Position numbers and translations under genes: made by a program | The notes under the pieces: generated by a model | Told to the model about the DNA's origin: nothing | The model's input: the letters and a program-made list of their open reading frames with translations, nothing else | Databases searched by the model: none | From: Octopus bimaculoides | Lineage: Eukaryota | DNA: 64,000 nucleotides | Direction: 5' to 3' | NCBI RefSeq assembly: GCF_001194135.2 | Contig: NC_068998.1 | Span: 17,520,746-17,584,745 of the forward strand | In this document: one piece after another, positions 55,001-64,000 of the stretch | How the letters are laid out: every line of letters begins with the position of its first letter | Position numbering within the stretch: position 1 is the first letter of the stretch

Positions 55001-55769
55001 GTAAGATTTCCTTAAGTATATGCCCTATTTTATAATGGAACTCTTTAGTATTATTTTATATCGCAACAGGCATGAATGAAGGGTTAAATATTCCACTTCT
55101 CTGTCATGAGAGAAGGGTTTAGTTTCAATCTCACAGTGATAACACTTTTAGCAAGTATTTTCTTCTATATATTCTTGAGTGAAATTAGGTTAGCAAAAAC
55201 TGTGAGGAAGCTCACTGGATGAACTAGAGCTGTAATTCAAAAGGTTGGCTTCATCACAATGTCACACTAGGTATGCCTGAGAATTACATTAAGGATACAT
55301 GTATTTGTGCGTTACTCAACTACTTGCACTATAATATAACAGTTCCATTGATTGAGCCGTCGGATCAAAGCAGGCATTACATAGTAATTCTTAATTACAT
55401 CGTGGCTCTCAGAAGTGTGTGGCTTGTAGGTCATTGGAATTTTGAAGGCTGCACAAAAAAGAAAATTATGTTGGCCAAATATTATCACAAAAGCGATGAC
55501 ACGATTTTTTTCTCTTTTTTTTTTTTAACCTTTTTACAACTACATTAATGATGATATTCTCTCATCTCCTACCATCATATCTTAATTAGAGCACTACAAT
55601 AATTCTGCTACAGGTTGATTAGTGATTTCATCAGATGAAAGGTGCCATAAACAACAGTGTGAAAAGAAATCAATATTTGATAATGAACATTGTGTTACTT
55701 TTTTCTGTCTTCCCTACTACTTATATTGAAATAGAGGTGTTTTGTGACCTATTTTTCAATTTGTTGCAG

Positions 55770-55823
55770 TTCTATAACTGGTTTGCCAGAAATGACAAAG
55801 AGATCAGCATATGAATTCTATAC
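55770..55823 (+). CDS. SLC6-like coding exon 4 (EL2): (S)SITGLPEMTKRSAYEFY(T)
   Basis: ttgttgcag acceptor, AC|gttagt donor, 54 nt, phase 2/2, keeps frame. SAYEFY matches the SLC6 'SPAEEFY' motif. Too short for the ORF track. Confidence 0.8.
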
Positions 55824-56771
55824 GTTAGTATTATTTCTTTAACTCTTCTATATTTTCTATATTATATTAACAGTATTTATTTTAAATTTTTTTAGCTTTT
55901 TTACTTCACCAGCAGTTATGTTATTTTCTTCATAATTGTATAATTTCGCTTCGTTTTCTATAATTTACTTCATTAAATTATGAGTCTAGTTTAATGTAAT
56001 TAGCAGTGTGCTTGTTTATTACATCTTTCTCAGTGAGTAACCAACAGACTTGATTGCCAATTTCTGAACATAGGTTTGATTCATTCCTCATAAACTTTAT
56101 TCCTTTGCTGAGAAAATATTTTATTAACGTTGAGTTATAATAAAAACAATTTAGTATTAAACTGAGGAATTATTCAGTACCTTTTGTAGAGTACATATTT
56201 ATCATACTTTTTTCAGACTTTGAAGTCACAGTTACTACTTCTTGTAAATGTATAATGAAAATATTTTACATAGATATATCTATTTCCTGGTATATTTTAA
56301 TTGATTTTCTTCTTCTTTAGTCATTTATTTTATTTTGGAGGTTGAGGGGAAAGTAGTCCAAGTATGCTGCTCAGTTTAACACATCACCTGGTCCTTGAGA
56401 GCCTCTCACATAGTTCATTCTGTTAAAAGCATTTGACAAGACTGCACTAAATGCCTAATTTGAATATCTGCAGTTCAGTTTTACCAGTTCAGGAAGGCAT
56501 CACACAGTTATGAATACTACCCTGCTTCTCTTGTAAAAAAAAAAAAAAAAAAATTTTAATGTAATCTTCCATTGAGCTGACAGCACATACTGGTTTCAAT
56601 TCTCTTATTCAAATTTATTTCAAACATACCAGTGATGCCCTTGAGAAAAGAATGACTGTCATATTCTCAATGTGCTATGAATTTGTGGCTGTATGGATTA
56701 AGTTTTTCAAAAAATGAATATATATCAGTAAAGCAACATGTTCCTAAGCAGTTTTTTTTTTTTTTCCACAG

Positions 56772-56943
56772 GTTTGAATTCTGGCAGATTACTGATGGTA
56801 TCGATCATGTTCATGGATTCCCGCATTGGAGATTCACAGAGACAGTCAGTCGGATGACTGTACCTATGTTGCCTATTGCGTCTGCATCAGTTTGGCTCCT
56901 GGTACTATTGATGGTAGCACTCGGCGGACGTGTCTTTGGTTGG
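56772..56943 (+). CDS. SLC6-like coding exon 5 (EL2 end and TM4): FEFWQITDGIDHVHGFPHWRFTETVSRMTVPMLPIASASVWLLVLLMVALGGRVFGW
   Basis: Poly-T/ccacag acceptor, TGG|gttagt donor, 172 nt, phase 2/0. Resembles 'ISxGIxxxGxxxW...WxxxxxxxxKG'. Within ORF 56677..56997. Confidence 0.88.
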
Positions 56944-59859
56944 GTTAGTACCTTTTTAATTATAACTACTTCATTACTCTACCTACTTTGTTATTGAAAT
57001 AAATATTTTTCCTCATTTGTATGACAGTTATATTTCTTCACTTCACTCCTACATCTGATAAGAAGTCATCAATCATATGAACTGTATTAGTTTCTCACAA
57101 TTTCTGGAGAAAGTGATTTACAGGCTTAATTATTCATCCAATAAGGTAATTTTGCTGTAATAAATTGCCACTTCATATATTAGCATCAAATAGAATATCT
57201 GATACTAGTGCTGCTCTTTTCCCTTTTATGTGTTAATATATAAGTTCTGGTTAGAGTAATAATAGTAATTTTTTTTTTGCGTGTTGTTGTTGTTGTAAAA
57301 CATAAAGCTGATCTTTTCATCTCTAATCAATTTGTTTGCTGTGGTTCTTTTTCCCCTTTCATCATTTTCAGTCTCACAGTCTAACTATTTTCAATATCGA
57401 GGCAGATAAATATATGTAAGTTGCAGTGTGTGTTTATATATGTGTGTGTGTGTATGTATGTGTGTATGTATGTATGTATATCTATCTATGTATGTATATA
57501 TATGCACTATTAAGATGAGTTATCATTAGCTTAATATGACCACTTCAGATTATTAACCTCTTCGTTTTATTTATAGTATGTTTGAATCAGTTTAGTCTCA
57601 GTCATATTTAGGGATCTGACTCCTTCATTTAAGCATATCTTTAGTTGTGTTTAATCTTTAACCTAAGGTCTTGCAGCTCTCTTGAACTCTAACACTGGGT
57701 TTCAATGTCCCTCACCCCTACATGTCACAGTCTGTTAATGGTTAAATGTGTTAAAAATTGTTAGAAAGGAAATTTTGGTGTCCAAACAACCTAAAGATTG
57801 TTATTGCTGTTTAGCCTCCAGTCAACTTTGATTTAGTATATCTATGATCAAAAGTGTTCCAATCGTGACCATCCTTTTTATTTCATTATCCAATATATCT
57901 TTCTTTCCCTTTTCTAAGACAGTTGGGTGAGATTTTTGTCTAACAGTTTAAGCCATGACATAAATACTTCACAGCACACATGATGATTATAGTAGAATGA
58001 ACTGGTTGAAATATAGTATAGGAGAAAGATACATGTCTGGAAAATTTAGCATAGCTTTATTCTAAATAATTCACTCCATTACTGTAAATTTTACCTAATT
58101 TTGCTTTCGTACTTCATTTCATATGACTTAAGTGAAATATAGTTGCATAGGTGCTTCTGTGCTCATCTAAAAGTTGTCAAAATAATTGTCATTTGCATTT
58201 TAAGAACAAATTAACTCTAGTTTATCATCATTACTAGAATTAAGGCAGGGTAATAGCTGAAAGAAAAAGAAAAAAAAGAGTAATAAATTCAATATCTAGC
58301 AGTTTTTAAATTCAGGTGTCATTTCTCTACATTCTGTGTTTAAAATCCCACTGGAGTTAACTTTGCCTTCATCACTTCTGAGTCAATAAAAATAACGTGA
58401 AATAATGCCAAGTTTAATTCAATCAGCAATATCCTCTCTCTCTTTCTCTCTCAATTTATAGACCTGTGCTGATGTGAAAAGTCATTACTATTGTCTTGCA
58501 AAAGCCAAGATTTTGGGAACTGAATTGTGGTAAATTCTTCTCAATATCATATGTTCATTCTATCTTGGTCTTTTTTTTTTTTTTTTCCATTAGAATATGA
58601 AGTTTTAGATGAGATGTTTGCTATCTCAGACAAACATATACCATAGATAGAATTTTTTTTTTTTTTTTTTGGTCATTGATTGAGGTGTAGACAACAAAGA
58701 TAGCTACATTATTTGTTTTGTTGGTAACTTTTAGAAAATGATAGGAAAACACAAACTTTGTATGAGAATCGATTCTTTAGTTCATTAATATCATTGTTAC
58801 ATAAGACATAAAAAATTAATGCAAATGTCTGTTTCTTTTGTGCTCAGAAATCTGAGGTGAGTTTTTTTTTTTGTTGATTTTTGTGTGTGTTTTTTTCTAT
58901 GTCCCTTATTGATAAATATCGATTTTTGAAACAATACTGTTCTTTAGTATGTGAAATATACATGTATATTAACATATAGCTATTATTTTAATGAAATATG
59001 TCTTTTGTGTGTAACCACATAGAAACATTGAACTTTTGAACTTGGAAAATGGAAATTTCTTGGATCATGGACCTCTGATAGTATCCACTTCAAATATAGG
59101 CATTTCTTCAGTGATTGTCTAAAAAATAAGCTTTAAATTTTTTATTAGTAATGTTGTAGCAAATGATTGCTAGGGTTGGGTCCACTGGTTTCAGCTAAAG
59201 TCATTCTGAGATTCTTTGAATCTCAAGGTCTGTAATTTTGCTTATTGATAAAATCCTTCTGGTGAAAATGATTTTCATTGATCAGTATCAATTTTCTTGT
59301 AGGTGTAGAAAATACATCTATTTTCATAGTGTTTTTGTTGGTTTGTAGGCTATAAATTTTGCATCAAATGAATATTAGAAAATATATGATAAATTCTATC
59401 ATGAAATTTATCATCACCATTGTCCTTTATCTTACTGGAATTTTCATGATCTCATATTCTCATTTAATTTACTTAACCAAAACTTAGTTTGTGGTCTGCC
59501 AATTAACCTTGCTTTAATTAAAATAAGACAATTATTTTGGACCTTTTCCCTGTTGAAATTATTAACTGCTATAACACATTGAAGACGTACATCTTTCATT
59601 ATTATGAGCTTCAATTTATGTCTGCAAATATAGAGAGAAATAATTAAAATTATATAACACAGGCTACAGCTATTTTCAATAAGATGTGACAACACATGTG
59701 GATATATATACACATGCATACATATGAAATTTATCTATCATTTCTAATTCCAGTGAGTCATGCAAATATCAAGATTTGAATAATCTTCCAACCCATACTA
59801 ACATAAGAAAAAACTAATGTAAAAAAGTTATTTGAAATAAAATGGTGTATGGTCAGACT

Positions 59860-60050
59860 TTAGTTAGCTGGCAGAGACGTTAGCATGCCAGGCGAAATGC
59901 TTAGTGGTATTTCGTCTGTCTTTACGTTCTGAGTTCAAATTCTGCCACGGTCAACTTTGCCTTTCATACTTTCAGGGTCGATAAATTAAGTACCAGTTGT
60001 GTACTGGGGTCAATCTAATCGACCTTTTGGGCCTTGTGCCTAGAGTAGAA
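59860..60050 (+). mobile_element. SINE copy in intron 5
   Basis: ttctgagttcaaattctgcc..ggtcaactttgcctttcat...aagtaccagtt as in other copies. Confidence 0.8.
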
Positions 60051-60354
60051 AAGATTATTTCAAAATAAATAGATATTCTTATCTTACACCAATTATGCTA
60101 CACAAATATGGAGATATATAAACAGTGATAAAAATAAGTTAGCTTACCATTAATATAAGCCTTTTGACATTGACTCTGGTCTTTCTTGTTTAAAGTGATC
60201 TAAATTAAAACTTTCTATTAAAATTTTTTGTGTTAATTTATGTTTCAAATACCATCTTAATAATGGCAGTTATTTTATTAAATTCTTTAATATTTTCAAG
60301 ATAAATAATTCATATAAAGGCAGTGTATTTTCAGAGAAATATGTTAACAAAGTG

Positions 60355-60690
60355 AAGGTATGTGGCCTAGTGGTTAAGGTATTTGGTTCACAACCATAAG
60401 GTCCTGAATTCAATACCCAGCAGTGCACTGTGTCCTTGAGCAAGACACTTTATTTCACATTACTCCAGTCCACTCAGCTGACAAAAATGAGTTGTACCTG
60501 TATTTCAAAGGGGCAACTTTGTCATATTCTATGCCGCGCTGAATCTCTTTGAGAACTACATTAAGGGTGCACGTGTCTGTGGAGTGCTCAACCACTTGCA
60601 TGTTAATTTCACCCACAGGCTGTTCTGTTGATTGGATCAACTGGAACCCTCATCGTCATAACTGACAGAGATCCAGTTTATGGTAACAAA
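60355..60690 (+). mobile_element. tRNA-derived SINE of a further family in intron 5
   Basis: A-box TGGCCTAGTGG, degenerate B box, then gtgtccttgagcaagacacttt (SINE central-domain-like motif). Confidence 0.7.
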
Positions 60691-60839
60691 AGGGTTAAAT
60701 AGAGCATTGAAGCATTTGATATTGTTAATCATTGAAATGCATATCAATATATGCCAAAGATAGCATGACATTAAGAAAAAAAGTAAAAAATGCAACTATA
60801 TCATTAGACATTATAAGGTATATTTTTCTTTACTTTCAG

Positions 60840-61001
60840 ATTTTAGCTGTTGTTACTCCTATTGCAATCTCCTGTACACTGGTTGTATTAGGTTATGGAC
60901 TTGCACGCTTAGATCAAGAACCTACAAAAGAAATGCTGAGAATTATTTTTACAATACCAGATTTTAAACTAAGTCATTTTACATCTGAAGATATCTTTAC
61001 A
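60840..61001 (+). CDS. SLC6-like coding exon 6 (TM5 and EL3): ILAVVTPIAISCTLVVLGYGLARLDQEPTKEMLRIIFTIPDFKLSHFTSEDIFT
   Basis: ttactttcag acceptor, ACA|gtaagt donor, 162 nt, phase 0/0. Hydrophobic TM5 followed by a P-D-F-K-L segment like SLC6 'P.W.KL'. Within ORF 60732..61082. Confidence 0.85.
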
Positions 61002-61596
61002 GTAAGTTATTGCTTTTTTTTTTTTTTTTTTTTCTCTCCCCCCACTTTCTCTGATAGTGGATATTTGAACTTAATAATCTAGGGTTTCCTAAACGCTGAT
61101 TCACTGATAACTCTTACTTGTCAGCAGTCAGTTTTACCTTTCATCCAGTCTTTAGTGGTCAATAAAATGCTAACCTGATACTGTGAAATAGCAGTTAGTT
61201 GTCAGTGAGCTAAACACACTGCTTAGTTTCTATTCCCATTACTTGACTATCATTCTTAGAAAGATTACAACTGTCACCACTGAAATCATTAATTCAAATA
61301 TCATTGAGGAACACCAATGGTGATTACTAGTGAAGGAGGGAGAAAAGATAGATATTTAATATTTGATCTCATTTATCATTCTTACATGAGATAAATCATT
61401 CTTGTAATAAATGATAACTAAAATCAATTTGATCAATTTTAACTCTGATTTTTAAGGAAAATATGCCTTGTGGTATTTAGATACATCTCTTTACAATGAG
61501 CTCAAATCCTGTTGTGGTTGATTTTGCTATTCATCTTCCAGGAAAGTACAGGAGTTAATTAAAACTCCATGGTTTGTACCAATTAATAAATCACCA

Positions 61597-61637
<41 letters not shown>

Positions 61638-61690
61638 TGTTGTTGTTGTTATTATTATTAGTGTTGTTGTTATTATTATTATTATTATTT

Positions 61691-63577
61691 GTGGTCAAGG
61701 TGTTAGTGAAGAAGCTGACGCTTGTTGTTATTGGGTTGATTGGTGAGGCACAAACGTGTTCCATCCCAAAACGATCCATCCACCACAACCTCCACCTCAT
61801 GCAATACATTATAGAGGAAGTGGCTAGGGAAGCTGGCATGGGTGGGACCCAGATCAATTTAGATCAATTGAAAGCTTTTGATAGGGTCAACCATTCTCAG
61901 AGCAGCCAGTTTTCAGGGGCTGGATATCGATAATATCCAGTGGTCAAAGTCAATGGCCACCTATCAGAATTGTTTAGTATTTTACACTCAGTCCACCAAG
62001 GTTGCCTGCTCTTGCCTTTTCTGTATGTGTTAAGCTGAGAGCCATTCTTATGAAAAATGGAGGCATTGAGTGGTTTCCCACAAGACCTAGGATGTGAGAG
62101 AAGTGTGTTGGCACATGCAGATGTCACCGTAATCGAGGCAGTCGGCACCACTCTAAAGGAATGTGAAGCAGCAACAGGAGCAAAGATTAACCTGGAGACA
62201 AATCAGTAGGTCTGCAGGTCTATGCTAGAGAGGCAGGTCTATGCTGTCCAACAGTGTTGTAGGGCACTGGACAGATGGACCGATTAAGGTACTCAGGGTT
62301 TGAGAGGAAACTGTCTCTGAAAGGTCAGGTGGAGGTGGCGAATACATACATCGCATCGTCTGACCGTCATGCCTTGCCCTGAGTCACACCTCAACAAGTT
62401 GGAGCATATACTTTTTTGCTTTATGTGGAAGGGGCAAGTTCCTCTTGTCAGGCAGTTCAACTGCTGTCAACAGCTGCTGAATGGAGGGCTGGGCATGCTG
62501 TGGTTGCTGATACGTAGGCATGTGCTGTGGCCGTGGCATCTCCAGCGTTTCCTTGATGGTGAGTAGGTGTGGTTGCTCTTTGTCAGATCTGCTTTTCCTC
62601 AACTCGTCTCCTTAACGGAACTGCAACCCTGGGTCGAGCAGAGACGGAGGGATGGTGAGTGGCACCTTGAGTGCTGACAAGCCCTCTTAGTCGGTGGAAT
62701 GTGGCTGGTGGAAATTCTACCTTGGTGTTCTATAGGGGGTTAGTGGAGGATAGGTGCAACAACATCCTTAGGGAGGCTCTGGCCTTTGATGAGGAACAAC
62801 TGAGGACTTTCAGGCCAGGGCCTATGGATAACTTTCAGAAATCCCTGACCTGGCAGTGCTACTGGGGAGCGTTGCTGGTTTGGGATAAATTCCACAGGCA
62901 CGGAAGTGCTGTCAGTTGGAGCTGCCCAAGATGTGTGCAGAGCAATGGAAAAGGTTCTGAACACACTCGTCAAGTGCCCGACAATTTCTGATATGTGGGT
63001 TTATGTTGAGCACTTGCTGTCGCGTGTCGCACAGATCTGGCTATCATCCGAGTCTATTGTTAAGACTGCTCTGCTCCCTTCCGTTGGTTGGGAAGGCCAG
63101 ATAGCTTCCATCTGCCTGGTGGCCATGGTGAAAGAGGTTGTATGGTGAACAAGACTGAAAGAGCTGAAGATGGGATCTTTCGTCTCCGGTGAATTTCTGA
63201 TCAAGTTTTTCAGGTTTCACTTGAAGAGGCACATCAAAGTGGAGAGGGAGGTATTCCCTTCTAGCAAATTTATTGAAAGGTGGATGAGAGTGGCAAGCAT
63301 GGTTTGCGTGAATGGGATTGCTCTGAGCATGCGCTTCTGAGTGGAATAAGAGAGAGAAGAAGCACTTGCCTAAGTGGTCAGGAAAACCATGATTTTCTGT
63401 GGGGTTTCCACAGTTTTCCTTTGGAAGTCCCCCCACCTTTGGGGAATTGTAATTGTTTAATTTTATTGGTTCCTTTTGTTATTGTTTTATATGTTTACAT
63501 GGTAAACCCCTCCATTTGTGATTTGTATTTGTGTCCTTGTGTGTTCAATGTAGGCCTATGTGGCCAATAAAGAAAAC
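61691..63577 (+). mobile_element. 5'-truncated Tx1/L1-clade LINE (RT and C-terminal zinc-binding region), decayed, in intron 6
   Basis: INLDQLKAFDRVNH, SVHQGCLLLPFLYV, VLAHAD, WQCYWGALLVWDKFHRHGSAVSWSCPRC; AATAAA at 63566 followed by (ATT)n. Confidence 0.88.
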
Positions 63578-63894
63578 ATTATTATTATTATTATTGGATG
63601 GTGGTGATAGTAGCGTTGGAGGTAGAAGTGATACAATTTTTCTACACTAAACATTGTGGCATAAGTATTTTATAATCTCTTAAGTTTTAGATTTCAAATT
63701 TTGTGCTTATATTTAAAAATCAACTCCAATAAAAACCATCCTACCTGTATTACATATATAAAATAGTTGAAACAGTTTCAGAATATTCTATAAAACTATA
63801 TAGTTACTTGACATTATAGCTTTTATGGCTTTATAGAATATCGAAATACACTCTTTGCAAAATAATATGTATTGATACAATCTTTTTTTTCCAG

Positions 63895-64000
63895 AAATGC
63901 ATGAGTTCTTTCGTACACATTCAAATGGCCTTACCATTATGGTTTGGAATTGCTCCAACAATGGGTAAAATGACAGGCTTTGGAAAAATTCATAAAAATG
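63895..64000 (+). CDS. SLC6-like coding exon 7 (TM6), truncated by window end: KCMSSFVHIQMALPLWFGIAPTMGKMTGFGKIHKN
   Basis: ttttttttccag acceptor, phase 0, open frame to the window end. Q...FG spacing fits SLC6 TM6 'QIFFSLGxGFG'. Confidence 0.75.

Overview
AT-rich, repeat-dense animal genomic DNA with assembly gaps. The SINE/RTE landscape and microsatellites resemble a coleoid cephalopod, probably Octopus (inference from recognised repeat sequences). No prokaryotic features are present. The only protein-coding gene I can support is a + strand multi-exon gene starting at 48442 and running off the window end. Seven coding exons spliced by hand give an uninterrupted 299-aa partial ORF with SLC6/NSS (neurotransmitter:sodium symporter) architecture (TM1-TM6), but the canonical Na+/Cl-/substrate/gate residues are replaced or deleted, so it looks like an intact 'pseudo-transporter'. 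Its second intron holds a ~530-bp palindromic insertion with a 12-bp TSD, built from two copies of a tRNA-headed element with a hammerhead-ribozyme-like core. Beside it is a 59-nt copy of exon 5 fused to a third hammerhead-like hairpin. The first ~48 kb are non-coding and filled with TE relics: Gypsy integrase, RTE and other LINEs, a mariner derivative with long inverted arms, hAT and Tigger-like MITEs, tRNA-SINEs and a Penelope-like hammerhead relic. A Tx1/L1-clade LINE sits in an (ATT)n tract in intron 6. All translations and alignments were done by eye, without database searches.
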